From positions 672,001 to 736,000 of the forward strand of contig CBDBGZ010000009.1 in the NCBI GenBank assembly GCA_965205425.1: a stretch of 64,000 bases of DNA, read 5' to 3'. Below, in pieces: positions 10,425-20,541 of this stretch. Source of the stretch: Nitrosopumilus sp. Its GTDB lineage: Archaea; Thermoproteota; Nitrososphaeria; Nitrososphaerales; Nitrosopumilaceae. The translations under genes were made by a program, and so were the position numbers. Under the pieces are notes generated by a model. That model saw nothing but the letters and a program-made list of their open reading frames with translations. It was not told the origin of the DNA and ran no database searches. The number at the start of each line of letters is the position of its first letter. Position 1 is the first letter of the stretch.

Positions 10425-10775
10425 TTGTCACAAGAAACATCTGAAAAAGATCGGCTAGATACAATATTCAAACTTCAACAAGGTCTATCAAACATGATGA
10501 AATTAGATAGGTATCCAAAGGACACTGAAGGAAGAGTTTCTGCATTATGTACAGCAATAATGCATGAGGTAGTTGAGCTACAAAGAACAACAAACTGGAA
10601 ATGGTGGAAAACTCCAGTTGAATTTAACGAAGCTGAAGCAAGAGAAGAATTAATCGATATTTGGCATTTTGTTGTACAAGCATCTTTGGAACTAAAACTT
10701 ACGCCTGATGATATTTTAGATGAGTACAAAAAGAAAAATGAAATAAATCGTGAAAGACAAAGAACAGGATATTAA
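10425..10775 (+). CDS. Dimeric (all-alpha) dUTPase family protein
   Basis: E..EL...WKWWK, EELIDIWHF, Y.KKN.IN..RQ..GY. Confidence 0.85.
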   Translation: MSQETSEKDRLDTIFKLQQGLSNMMKLDRYPKDTEGRVSALCTAIMHEVVELQRTTNWKWWKTPVEFNEAEAREELIDIWHFVVQASLELKLTPDDILDEYKKKNEINRERQRTGY

Positions 10776-10779
10776 AAAT

Positions 10780-11247
10780 CTAAATTTGTTCTGAAATTAA
10801 TTTAAAATCAGTTTGATTAATCATATTTACAAGTCTTATATTTTCTTGAAAATATTTTATTTCTGATATTGATACTTTAAGATAAGGATCTGGGCTAGTA
10901 GAATTAATTATTTTACCATTTCGATCAACACCATTTTTGTGTAATTCAAATAATGAATGACCAGATTTATGTCCCCAAACCTCTTTTCCACAAACAATGA
11001 TAGAATTAACTTGTGGGTTTTGATTTACATATTTGATAACAGAATCAATTCCTTTATTTTCAGATAATAGACGTCCTACAATTGATATTTCATTTAGAAA
11101 TTTAGAATTTGCAAAATTTTTCAACAAATCTATGCTTGAAAGAGTACAAATTGCTACTGAAGATTTTGAATTACCAAGGTAAAATTCTTCATTGATGGGT
11201 AAAATAGCCTTACATAATTCGCCAATAGCCTCACCTATTGCATTCAT
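10780..11247 (-). CDS. MtrA-like (corrinoid-binding methyltransferase subunit A-like) protein
   Basis: AICTLSS, ENKGID, CGKEVWGHKSGHSL. Confidence 0.75.
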   Translation of the reverse strand: MNAIGEAIGELCKAILPINEEFYLGNSKSSVAICTLSSIDLLKNFANSKFLNEISIVGRLLSENKGIDSVIKYVNQNPQVNSIIVCGKEVWGHKSGHSLFELHKNGVDRNGKIINSTSPDPYLKVSISEIKYFQENIRLVNMINQTDFKLISEQI

Positions 11248-12329
11248 AGTATTTCATGCATTGTTTTGGCAATGAATTCAATATTTTTTTGAGTTACACC
11301 TGGATGAATCGGTAAAGAGAGTACATGAATAGATGCCCAATCAGTAACAGGAAGTTTTGTTTTTAATTTGTAAAATGGAGTTTTATGAATTGGTGTTGGA
11401 TAGTATGCTGCTGCACCAATTCCTTTCTCATTTAATTTTTTTAATAATTTGTTACGTTTATCTGATGAAATTGTATAAAGATACCAATTTGTATTTTCAT
11501 TTTTTCTTTCATTAGGTAGTTCTACTTTAAGATCAGAAAGTAATTTTGATAATAATTTAGCATTATTTCTTCTAGATTTTAAAAATTTAGGAAGTTTTTT
11601 CATCTGTACAGTCGCAATAGCTGCATTAATTTCTGGTAATCGTAAATTCAAACCAAATATTCTAGTATCATATCCATGTACCATTCCATGATTTCTAATC
11701 ATCAATAGTTTATCGCGAAGATTTTTGTTATTGGTTACAACAAAACCTCCTTCACCTGCAGTCATGACTTTAGCTGGATACATACTATAACATCCCATCT
11801 CAAAGAAAGTTCCAGTATGTTTTCCTTTGTAAGTAGATCCTAATGATTGTGCAGAATCTTCGATTATAGGTATATTGTATTTTTTAGAAATTTCAGATAA
11901 TCTTTCAATAATTGCAACATTTCCATAAAGATGAACTGGGATTATAGCACGAGTTTTTTTAGTAATTTTTTTTTCTAAATCATCAGGATCAATAGTAAAA
12001 TTTTCTTTTAAAACATCAACAAAAACTGGTTTTGCTCCAGTTGAAACAACTGCATTTGCAGTTGCTACAAAAGTAAAAGAAGGAACTAAAACTTCATCTC
12101 CTTTTTTGACATCTAGCGCATAAAGGGCTGCCTGTAAAGCTGCAGTGCCAGAATTTACTGCAATAGCATATTTTGAATTTACAAAAGATGCTACAGATTT
12201 TTCAAAATTTTGAACATATTTCCCTCCTAAATTGGCAGCAGACGTTAATGCACCATTTTTTAGAATAGATGTGACTACAGATATCTCCTCTTTGCCTACA
12301 AGAGGAATGTTAATTGCAATTTTCAACAT
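11244..12329 (-). CDS. DegT/DnrJ/EryC1/StrS aminotransferase
   Basis: NSGTAAL, PVHLYG, EDSAQ, SMYPAK, GEGG. Confidence 0.92.
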   Translation of the reverse strand: MLKIAINIPLVGKEEISVVTSILKNGALTSAANLGGKYVQNFEKSVASFVNSKYAIAVNSGTAALQAALYALDVKKGDEVLVPSFTFVATANAVVSTGAKPVFVDVLKENFTIDPDDLEKKITKKTRAIIPVHLYGNVAIIERLSEISKKYNIPIIEDSAQSLGSTYKGKHTGTFFEMGCYSMYPAKVMTAGEGGFVVTNNKNLRDKLLMIRNHGMVHGYDTRIFGLNLRLPEINAAIATVQMKKLPKFLKSRRNNAKLLSKLLSDLKVELPNERKNENTNWYLYTISSDKRNKLLKKLNEKGIGAAAYYPTPIHKTPFYKLKTKLPVTDWASIHVLSLPIHPGVTQKNIEFIAKTMHEIL

Positions 12330-12393
12330 TATTCCTGTTTATAACTAGTCTATAAATCTCAGCAAAGAAACATGAATTTTTATATTTCAAAAT

Positions 12394-12972
12394 TTGGCAA
12401 ACGGCATCATGAAGCCACGTCATTTAGAAAAATCAGATTCAGGCTACAAAGTCTATCTATACATTTTTTATATTTGCGGTTTCATAATGGCAACATCATT
12501 AGTTTTTGGTGTATATGTTACTATGATAGAATGGTTAGAAAATGGAACTTATGTTATGGGTGAAACAATTCATAATACAACTATTCCATTTGAAAATTTT
12601 GCTAGAGTATCAACTTGGATATTTTTCTCAACAATAATTGGTTGGTATTGTGTTACAAGAATAGGCTGGAGAAGAACTGCCGGTGAGAAAATTATTGGTA
12701 CAAGAATGGCATTACTTCAATTGATGTTGCTAAGTTTTTCAATAATTTCTCTCTATGAAGTGTTATACAATTTTACAGTGTTAAATGCACAAATGACTGC
12801 AGGGATAATAGATGGGATGGTTCCAGACATTGATAAATTATCGATAGCTTATCCAGATCCAGAAAGACCGTGGAATTTAGTTTTTGCAACCAAAGTATTT
12901 CTTGCATCATTTATCATTAGTACTCACGCATTTTATCTCAGTATAAAACCTAGAAAAAGTCTGGATGAATAA
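12394..12972 (+). CDS. Hypothetical membrane protein (about 4 TM)
   Basis: Hydrophobic segments; start may be at 12409. Confidence 0.7.
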   Translation: MANGIMKPRHLEKSDSGYKVYLYIFYICGFIMATSLVFGVYVTMIEWLENGTYVMGETIHNTTIPFENFARVSTWIFFSTIIGWYCVTRIGWRRTAGEKIIGTRMALLQLMLLSFSIISLYEVLYNFTVLNAQMTAGIIDGMVPDIDKLSIAYPDPERPWNLVFATKVFLASFIISTHAFYLSIKPRKSLDE

Positions 12973-13017
12973 TAGATTTTAAAAAAACTATTTCTACTTT
13001 GTTTGATTTATAGTAAC

Positions 13018-13206
13018 ATGGGGTTATTTGGTTCTAACAAAAATGAATTAAAATGTAAAAAATGTGGAACCGTACTATCTGATTCTGACAGATTAAAAAA
13101 ACACCAAGAAAAAGCACACAATAAGAAAAAAGAAAAATGTAGAGCTTGTGGGGCAGAATTTGATTATTCTGAAGATCTAAGAAAACATAAAAAGAATTGT
13201 AAATAG
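13018..13206 (+). CDS. C2H2-type zinc finger protein
   Basis: CKKC..LKKHQEKAH and CRAC..LRKHKKNC. Confidence 0.8.
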   Translation: MGLFGSNKNELKCKKCGTVLSDSDRLKKHQEKAHNKKKEKCRACGAEFDYSEDLRKHKKNCK

Positions 13207-13209
13207 AGT

Positions 13210-13434
13210 TTATTCTGATAATCCAGATTCATATTTTGGTTGTCTTTTCAAAGCTTTTTCAATTGCTTCTAAATTTTTGATCTCGTTTTTCGAATTTAGT
13301 GATAAAGTTTGGATCATTTCTGAGCCTAATTGAACTGATTGTTCAGGTAATGTTTCAAGAAATTTTTCAAGCGCTTTCTTGTAATTGGCAATTAATTCTA
13401 ATCCTTCTTCAAGAGTCATGAATAATCTATACAT
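13210..13434 (-). CDS. Small helical hypothetical protein
   Basis: ORF; likely start MTLEEG. Confidence 0.65.
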   Translation of the reverse strand: MYRLFMTLEEGLELIANYKKALEKFLETLPEQSVQLGSEMIQTLSLNSKNEIKNLEAIEKALKRQPKYESGLSE

Positions 13435-13512
13435 ATTGACTATTCAAACCTTCTAAATTCAAAAGAAATTTTTGAATAACTTTATACGTTTATTCTCAAA
13501 AGTTGTTTTGAT

Positions 13513-14559
13513 TTGGACATTACAGAAAAAGTAGATTTGATTATGAAATCACCAACTGAGGAAGTTGTAACACAAGAAGAATTAATAGAATTATTCAAAA
13601 CAAATTCATCACCAAATCACTATATTGGTTTGGAAATTTCTGGATTCTTGCATCTTGGTAGTCTAATTAGTACTGGTTTTAAAATTAATGATTTTGTAAA
13701 GGCAGGAGTAAAGTGTAAAATTTTTCTTGCAGATTGGCATACTCTGATTAATGATAAATTGGGCGGGAATTGGGAAACAATTGCTAAAGTTTCAAAATAC
13801 TATCAAGATGCGTTCAAGTTAGTTTGTCCTGATGCAGAAATTGTCTTAGGCTCAAAACTATACGAAGAAAAAACAGAATATTGGTCTGAACTTGTTAAAT
13901 TTACAAAACATATGTCAATTGCTAGAACAATGAGAACTTTAACAATTATGGGAAGATCAGAAGATGATAAAAAAATTGATGTTGCTAAATTACTTTATCC
14001 TGCAATGCAAGCAGTAGATATTCATTCTTTAGATGTTGATATTGCACATGCTGGAATAGATCAAAGAAAAATACACATGCTTGTAAGAGAAATATTTCCA
14101 AAAATGAAATGGAAAGTTCCTGTTGCTGTTCATCACAAGTTGTTACCAGGACTTTCAAAACCTGCAGATACAAATGATAATAAAATATTAGGAAAAATGA
14201 GTAAATCAGATCCTAATTCAGGCATATTTATTCATAATACTGATGATGAAATTAAGAAAAAAATCAGCAAAGCATGGTGTGAGGAAGCAAATATTCAAAA
14301 TAATCCTCTATTAGAAATTTCAAAAACTGTAATCTTTCATGAGTTTAATGAAATGAAAGTAGAAAGACCAGAAAAATTTGGTGGCAATATGTCATATACA
14401 AATTATAATCAATTAGAAACAGATTTTGTTGAAAAAAAATTACATCCTGGAGATTTGAAACAAACAGTTGGAAATTATTTAGTAAAAATAGTATCTCCAA
14501 TTAGAGAAAAATTAAACCTCAATGAAGAATTGAGTGAAGCAATTAAGAAAAGTTTCTAA
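13513..14559 (+). CDS. tyrS: Tyrosine--tRNA ligase
   Basis: YIGLEISGFLHLG, YPAMQAVD, GIDQRKIH, KMSKS. Confidence 0.95.
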   Translation: MDITEKVDLIMKSPTEEVVTQEELIELFKTNSSPNHYIGLEISGFLHLGSLISTGFKINDFVKAGVKCKIFLADWHTLINDKLGGNWETIAKVSKYYQDAFKLVCPDAEIVLGSKLYEEKTEYWSELVKFTKHMSIARTMRTLTIMGRSEDDKKIDVAKLLYPAMQAVDIHSLDVDIAHAGIDQRKIHMLVREIFPKMKWKVPVAVHHKLLPGLSKPADTNDNKILGKMSKSDPNSGIFIHNTDDEIKKKISKAWCEEANIQNNPLLEISKTVIFHEFNEMKVERPEKFGGNMSYTNYNQLETDFVEKKLHPGDLKQTVGNYLVKIVSPIREKLNLNEELSEAIKKSF

Positions 14560-15350
14560 ACTTTAAGATTTGGATTTGTTTGTTCTTCTAAATTATATTT
14601 TGATTTGTATCCTCTTGGATTGATCATCAAATCTTTGTAAGTATACGTAGATGAATTTCCAACAATTACAGTACTAACCATACCTAATTCATCTGAATGG
14701 TTTGGTAAATTTTCTAAATCAGTTATTACAATAGTTTCAGATTCTCTAAATGCGCCTTTAATGATAGCAACAGGTGTAGTTGGTTTTCTGTATTTTAAAA
14801 GAACTTTTCTTGTATCTTGTAATTGATGAATTCTTTTTTGACTGGCAGGATTGTAAATAACAAGTACAAAATCACCTTGTGCAGCTGCTTCAACTCTTTT
14901 TGAAATAACTTCCCATGGAACTAGTAAATCACTCATACTAACTACTGCAAAATCACTCATTAGTGGTGAACCAATTATTGATGCACATGAATTAAGAGCA
15001 GACACGCCAGGAACAATTTCAACTTGTAAATCATCAGTAGGATTCCATCCAGATTCAGCAAGTGTTTCATAAATTAGCCCAGCCATTCCATAAATTCCAG
15101 GATCACCACTTGAGACAAGTGAAACAATTTTTCCAGATTTAGCAAGATCAATGCATTGATGAGCTCTTTCAACTTCTTGAGTCATAGCATAACGATGAAC
15201 AGTTTTACCTGCAATTAGATCTTGAACCAAATTTACATAAGTTTCATAACCGACAATCGTATCACTTTCACCAATCACTTCTTTTGCTCGAAATGTCATA
15301 TGATCATGATGGCCAGGTCCGATACCAACAATGTAGAGTTTACCAGTCAA
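14556..15350 (-). CDS. cobJ: Precorrin-3B C17-methyltransferase
   Basis: VGIGPG, VSSGDPGIYGMA, SMSDLLVPW, YNP, NPRGY. Confidence 0.92.
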   Translation of the reverse strand: MTGKLYIVGIGPGHHDHMTFRAKEVIGESDTIVGYETYVNLVQDLIAGKTVHRYAMTQEVERAHQCIDLAKSGKIVSLVSSGDPGIYGMAGLIYETLAESGWNPTDDLQVEIVPGVSALNSCASIIGSPLMSDFAVVSMSDLLVPWEVISKRVEAAAQGDFVLVIYNPASQKRIHQLQDTRKVLLKYRKPTTPVAIIKGAFRESETIVITDLENLPNHSDELGMVSTVIVGNSSTYTYKDLMINPRGYKSKYNLEEQTNPNLKV

Positions 15351-15397
15351 TTTTAAAAGAAATTTTTTTTTAAGTAATTTATCCGTTTAGTGAGGTC

Positions 15398-16861
15398 TTA
15401 TTGGAATGGATCTATGAATGGAGAATTCACTATGTGATCACTGTTTGTAGGTCGTGCAATACTTACTGATAACATATCATCTGCTCGAAATGAATCAATA
15501 TCAGATTTTGTTTCAAGAATTTTTGCAGTTCCAGCATCATTCCATTCAACTAGATAAATTCTCCACATTGGACTATAATTTTGATCACCAAGTGCAGCTG
15601 CAGCAATTCCTGGTTGAAATCCTAATGGACCAGAACCAAGAATGCCATTTTTGAATTGGAATAAATCAACTGCTCCCGAATTAGCAATGAGATTAGCAGA
15701 ACTTGGAGATGATACAACTCCCATTGATTCAGCAGGACCTGTAGGTGTTGCATCTGTAACGATATAGTAAATTGTTCTTCCATCAGGACCCCAACCTCTA
15801 TGAGCTACAAATGTTACAGTCATTTCTTCCTCATTGATTTCAGTTATTTGGCCACCACTGTATGACATTTCATCTGTAATTTCTTTATCAGGGCGAACTA
15901 TCATTTGTCCATCTGGCCAACTAATTTGAGGAGCATTTAGTATTACTCCTGTTTCATTAAATTCAATTCTGCCACCTTCTTCAGCTGCAATTACATCTGC
16001 TGCAGATGTAAACTCAATTTCTTTTTGTCCAACTTTCCATGTAACTTCAATTACAGAACTTAGTGCACTATATTCTGATTCTTGTGAAGGAGTATTGGAA
16101 ATAACTTCATTTTGAAATCCATAAATTCCATCGCCCTTGATTCCATTTTTAAAAATAAATAATTTTTGTAAAGTGTTTTCTGGAACATTTGCAAGTAATG
16201 GAGCAACTTCTACTCTCCATCCTTGTTTGTCAGAAATTATTTTTGCATAATCTTCATCACTACTATCAGTAATAATGTATAGAACTTGATTGTCTTCATA
16301 GATTCCTTTATGCATTGGAATTATAGCTGGAACATTTGTTTTTGATAATAATGATAATGGTTCCTCTTTTTCTAATTCAATTTTTTGCATAATTATTTCT
16401 GTTGGTTGCCCTCTGATCCATCCATCAACACTTACAGTTGTAGTGAATTCTTTTGAATTTGGAGAATGTAAAGCAAGAGCAGCTCCTGTAAATTCAAACG
16501 ATCCTGATTTTTCTTGTAAATCAATCAAGGATAAACCATAGATAGTTTTTCCATCTACACTCCATGTAGGTTGACCTTTTGATTCCTGAGAACTAATTTC
16601 ATGCAAAACTACAATCTGTACAGGCTCACTTGAAGTAAATGTCATAGAACCATCATAAATTGTGCCTTCATTAGGAGATAAAATAAGTGATAATTGATGA
16701 TTTTCATGTCCTTGACCTGGATCTTGAGAAGATGTTATAGTCTGAGTAAAATGAATTTTTTTTCTAGAACCTGCATCTACAAGTTGATCAGATGTAGAGG
16801 ATACAAAAATAATTCCAACTGTAAAAATAACAATTATTAGTAAAGCTGGAAGTTTTTTCAA
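15398..16861 (-). CDS. Secreted protein with two repeated domains
   Basis: Signal peptide; duplicated YI.TD.S/T...FKNGI.G.G..GFQ...YS motifs. Confidence 0.75.
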   Translation of the reverse strand: MKKLPALLIIVIFTVGIIFVSSTSDQLVDAGSRKKIHFTQTITSSQDPGQGHENHQLSLILSPNEGTIYDGSMTFTSSEPVQIVVLHEISSQESKGQPTWSVDGKTIYGLSLIDLQEKSGSFEFTGAALALHSPNSKEFTTTVSVDGWIRGQPTEIIMQKIELEKEEPLSLLSKTNVPAIIPMHKGIYEDNQVLYIITDSSDEDYAKIISDKQGWRVEVAPLLANVPENTLQKLFIFKNGIKGDGIYGFQNEVISNTPSQESEYSALSSVIEVTWKVGQKEIEFTSAADVIAAEEGGRIEFNETGVILNAPQISWPDGQMIVRPDKEITDEMSYSGGQITEINEEEMTVTFVAHRGWGPDGRTIYYIVTDATPTGPAESMGVVSSPSSANLIANSGAVDLFQFKNGILGSGPLGFQPGIAAAALGDQNYSPMWRIYLVEWNDAGTAKILETKSDIDSFRADDMLSVSIARPTNSDHIVNSPFIDPFQ

Positions 16862-16898
16862 TAAATATTTGTGATTGTGTTCCCTTAAATTATTTGTC

Positions 16899-18302
16899 TT
16901 AATTGATTTTATCTAGGGCAAATTCATTATGTAATGCTTTTACAGCTGCATTAGTATCAGAATTTTTCACAACAAATGCAAGATTAAGTTCAGAAGAACC
17001 TTGAGTAATCATTGATACATTTACTTTGTTTTTCTCAATAGCACCAAAAACTTTTGAGGCAACTCCAACAGTTCCTCGCATTCCTGATCCAATTAATGCA
17101 ATTATAGCAACATTCGTAGTAACGTCTAATTTTTTAATTATTTTTCCCAATAGTTCTAATTCTAATGCACTAACAGCTTTGTCAAGATCAGTGTTCTTTA
17201 CTACAATAGTGATACTTGATTCAGAAGGATTTTGAGAAATCATCATTACATTAATTCCAGCTTTTGCTAGTGTAGCAAATATTTTTGCTGCAGTGCCTGG
17301 AGTTCCAACCATACTGCCTCCTTGGACATCAATTAATCCATTATTTTTAACATTACTTACACATTTTACAGTATTTTTTACTGCTGAAGAAGTTGATGCT
17401 GAAACTAGAGTTCCCTCATTTTTGATATTGAAAGAACTTCTAATTTTTATTGGAATTTTTTTTGTAATTAGAGGCTCAAATGTTCGTGGATGTATTTGCT
17501 TTGCACCAAATAGAGCCATTTCAATTGCTTCAATGTATGATACTTCTTTGAGTAATTTTGCATTTTTTACAATTTTTGGATCTGCAGTCATTAATCCATC
17601 TACATCACTCATTAACCAAATTTCATCTGCTTTTATGCAAGAACCTACAATTGTTGCAGAATAATCTGAACCTCCTCTACCAAAAGTAGTTACATGTCCA
17701 TGTTGATCAGCACCTACAAATCCTCCTACAACTGGAATTGTTTTCTTTGAAAATAGAGCATCTACAGTCTTTGACACTCTTAATCTAGTTGTATCGATGA
17801 GAGGTTTTGATTCACCAAAATTAGAATCAGTCACAATTCCTACTTCTTTTCCAGTTAAAGTAATTGATTTTTTTCCAGAATCATTGATTGCGGCTGAAAC
17901 TAATTTAATTGATAGTCGTTCTCCAAATGAAAATAGGTAATCCATAGTTCTAGGTGTAACTTCACCTAACAATACCATTCCATCAATAAGTGCAACAAGT
18001 TCATCAAAGTCTTGATCAAATTTTGATAATAGTTTTTTCCTTATCTCTGATTTTTTAATTGTCTGTTTGGCTAATTGTTTATGTCTATTGGTAATTTTTG
18101 ATGCAAGTTGTTCTGCTTTAGATTTATTTTCTTTTTTCATTGATTCAGAAATTTCTATTAGATCATCTGTAGTTCCGCTGGTTGCAGAACAAACTACAAC
18201 AATATGGTTTTTCTTTGATAATTCATTAAGATGTTTAGCTACTGCTTGAATGTCTTTTGCGGCAGAAATTGATGTTCCACCATATTTTATTACGAGTCTC
18301 AA
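16899..18302 (-). CDS. lysC: Aspartate kinase
   Basis: KYGGTS, GRGGSDYSA, DVDGLMTADP, two ACT domains. Confidence 0.95.
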   Translation of the reverse strand: MRLVIKYGGTSISAAKDIQAVAKHLNELSKKNHIVVVCSATSGTTDDLIEISESMKKENKSKAEQLASKITNRHKQLAKQTIKKSEIRKKLLSKFDQDFDELVALIDGMVLLGEVTPRTMDYLFSFGERLSIKLVSAAINDSGKKSITLTGKEVGIVTDSNFGESKPLIDTTRLRVSKTVDALFSKKTIPVVGGFVGADQHGHVTTFGRGGSDYSATIVGSCIKADEIWLMSDVDGLMTADPKIVKNAKLLKEVSYIEAIEMALFGAKQIHPRTFEPLITKKIPIKIRSSFNIKNEGTLVSASTSSAVKNTVKCVSNVKNNGLIDVQGGSMVGTPGTAAKIFATLAKAGINVMMISQNPSESSITIVVKNTDLDKAVSALELELLGKIIKKLDVTTNVAIIALIGSGMRGTVGVASKVFGAIEKNKVNVSMITQGSSELNLAFVVKNSDTNAAVKALHNEFALDKIN

Positions 18303-18337
18303 TTCAAAATACCTGAACTAGTTAATCTTTAAATGCT

Positions 18338-19084
18338 TTAACTTTCTACGCGTGGAGCCAAGTAAAAGTGAATTCTACCAATATTTGCTACTTTAAATTC
18401 AATTCTAAGAGGTTTTGCGCTTGAAAATTCACATGTAATTGAGCCTGCATTGGAACCGACTGCTTTTACTACAGGATTTAGATATTCTAGGCTGTAAGTA
18501 CCAACACTGTCTTCTTTTGAAGAAACCTCTTCAATCTCTTTATCGTCTTTATCTAAATCAATTACAACTTCGCCTGAATCACCTTTTCCTGAGAAATGTC
18601 CTTTTGAATCAGATGTATTGATTGTAAGATAATCAGACACTACTTGTACATCCCCAAGAATTTTATCAAATTTAGAAGAAGTTAAAATAATTTTTGAATC
18701 ATATGGGATTTTTGGTAATGGGGTATCAGTAGCAGAACTTTCAATTAAACGCATTTTATATTTTTTATTTTTACCAACTGTTACAAGTAACATATTTTGT
18801 TCAGAGATACTAATTTCTATGCTATCTTTTTTATCAGCTCTTTTGATAAGTTTTGAAAATTCATCAATCCTTACTCCAAATTTAATATCACTATCACATT
18901 CGTATTTTTCAAATGCAGAGTTTGGCCAAGAGATATCAATTAAAGCAACATGTGATGGATCCATTCCTCTGAAAGTAATTCCTTCTGCTGTAGCTACAAA
19001 AGTTGCTTCTTCAACAAGTGTAGATATTGCAGAAATGATAGCTTTGAGATCATCCGATCCACTAGTTTTTGCTCCAAAAGTCAA
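18338..19084 (-). CDS. pcn: PCNA sliding clamp
   Basis: MDPSHVALID, YSLEYL, FYLAPR. Confidence 0.96.
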   Translation of the reverse strand: MTFGAKTSGSDDLKAIISAISTLVEEATFVATAEGITFRGMDPSHVALIDISWPNSAFEKYECDSDIKFGVRIDEFSKLIKRADKKDSIEISISEQNMLLVTVGKNKKYKMRLIESSATDTPLPKIPYDSKIILTSSKFDKILGDVQVVSDYLTINTSDSKGHFSGKGDSGEVVIDLDKDDKEIEEVSSKEDSVGTYSLEYLNPVVKAVGSNAGSITCEFSSAKPLRIEFKVANIGRIHFYLAPRVES

Positions 19085-19118
19085 ATCAATTTTCTTCTCT
19101 TTATGTACAAGTTAAACG

Positions 19119-19436
19119 TTATGTGTAATCACGCCAGGTGTATTTACATTTCTGACATCGGTAAAATCTAGTTGTAGGTTCATCAGCACTTCGGGTTTGG
19201 AACATCCAACCAACTGCCTCATCATGACCACATTTTTCACAGTCAATTTTTACTGTTGGATTTGTGTCTTCTCCTTCATCTCCCTCAAAAGCTAATAAGG
19301 AAAAATCTGGTTCTTCTTCAGCAGGAATTTTTTTTGTAGGTTTTGATTTTCCACCTTCAGCATATCCACATTTAGAACATTGAAGGCCTGAGCCATTATT
19401 TTTTAATTTGACCTCACATTTGGGGCAAAACTTCAA
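19119..19436 (-). CDS. tfs: Transcription factor S
   Basis: MKFCPKC, QTRSADEP.TRFYRC. Confidence 0.93.
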   Translation of the reverse strand: MKFCPKCEVKLKNNGSGLQCSKCGYAEGGKSKPTKKIPAEEEPDFSLLAFEGDEGEDTNPTVKIDCEKCGHDEAVGWMFQTRSADEPTTRFYRCQKCKYTWRDYT

Positions 19437-19438
19437 AT

Positions 19439-19717
19439 CTAATTTACCTTAATTTTAGAATGGAATAGTTGATTGAACTCTTGAGACATTTTGATTGCTG
19501 TATCTGTTGCTTTTTTAATTTCACCAAGTGGTTTTGAACGTGAATTTACTCTCATCCAACATTCATTGGTAAGAGGATGTTTTACAATGACACCTGCAAA
19601 ATCAGTACTTGATGCTTTTAGTAGCTCATGCTGAATAATGTATAAAATTCCGATATCAGTTTCGGTGATTGAAAGGCTGATTTCTTTAGGTTCAGAACTG
19701 ATCACTTGTGCGTTCAT
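19439..19717 (-). CDS. rpoL: RNA polymerase subunit L (Rpo11)
   Basis: FAGVIVKHPL motif; position upstream of tfs and pcn. Confidence 0.8.
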   Translation of the reverse strand: MNAQVISSEPKEISLSITETDIGILYIIQHELLKASSTDFAGVIVKHPLTNECWMRVNSRSKPLGEIKKATDTAIKMSQEFNQLFHSKIKVN

Positions 19718-19768
19718 GTATTCAGAAAAAGCACTTATTGCGGATATAAATCATTATGAACGGGAATA

Positions 19769-20305
19769 ATGGGAGAAAGTAAGATTTCAGCGATCGAATT
19801 AGTAAAATCAAAGGATGAGTACTCATCTGATGAAAATATTGAGATAAATGTTCAATTTTCAGTCGAAGGTGACCTTAGAAATGCTTTCAATGAGGCTAAT
19901 TGGACCAAAGCCTACAACAACAATGATGTTTCATTCAAATTGAAATTTGGTATTAAATTAACGACTGGTGGATTAAGAAAGAAGGAATTGGGAAGAACTA
20001 TGGATACTTATCGAAAGGCATCAATATTTTGGACAAGAAATCCAAAACTGGTCAATCCAATGAAAGACAGACGAATCTGGGTTCAGGTGGCCAAAAACTT
20101 TGAGCCATTTATCAGACTATCAGAAGAAGAAGTAAGACAAGAATTATTTGATTTTAATGAAAAATTTGTCTTCAAAGCATCAGATTTGGGAAAAGGAACT
20201 CATAAGATAAGTGCTGAAACTTTTGCTTCTTGGCAGAAACATGATTTTACAGAAACTGGAAGTATCAAAAATAGCTCAAGTGATTTAGAGATCACCATCA
20301 ATTAG
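19769..20305 (+). CDS. Conserved hypothetical protein; its 3' end is the island target site
   Basis: 178-aa ORF. Confidence 0.75.
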   Translation: MGESKISAIELVKSKDEYSSDENIEINVQFSVEGDLRNAFNEANWTKAYNNNDVSFKLKFGIKLTTGGLRKKELGRTMDTYRKASIFWTRNPKLVNPMKDRRIWVQVAKNFEPFIRLSEEEVRQELFDFNEKFVFKASDLGKGTHKISAETFASWQKHDFTETGSIKNSSSDLEITIN

Positions 20306-20373
20306 GGTTAGGCTCAAGATTTACTAAAAATAACGACTAGGGATTTTTAACAGTAATTGAATTATCTGTCTTG

Positions 20374-20541
20374 ATGGCAGTTAGAATAAGTTTTGAAAAT
20401 TCAGAACAAGCTTTGCAGGAATATCTTGACTCTTGTTATGCTGTGTCACATAGTACTGCAACTGTTAACGGTTACAAGAATGCAATAACAGGAAAGACAA
20501 AAGGATTTAGAATATTTCTCAAGGAAAGATACGATTGTGAT
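20374..20541 (+). pseudogene. N-terminal fragment of a putative tyrosine integrase, truncated by IS
   Basis: QEYLDSCYAVSHSTATVNGYKNAI...FRIFL resembles the integrase core-binding domain; cut by the TIR at 20542. Confidence 0.55.

Noticed and set aside
17026..19115. Short antisense or off-frame ORFs over lysC and pcn, and similar ones over purD, liv, the 759-aa gene, mscS and cca
   Set aside because: They overlap confidently identified genes and show no motifs
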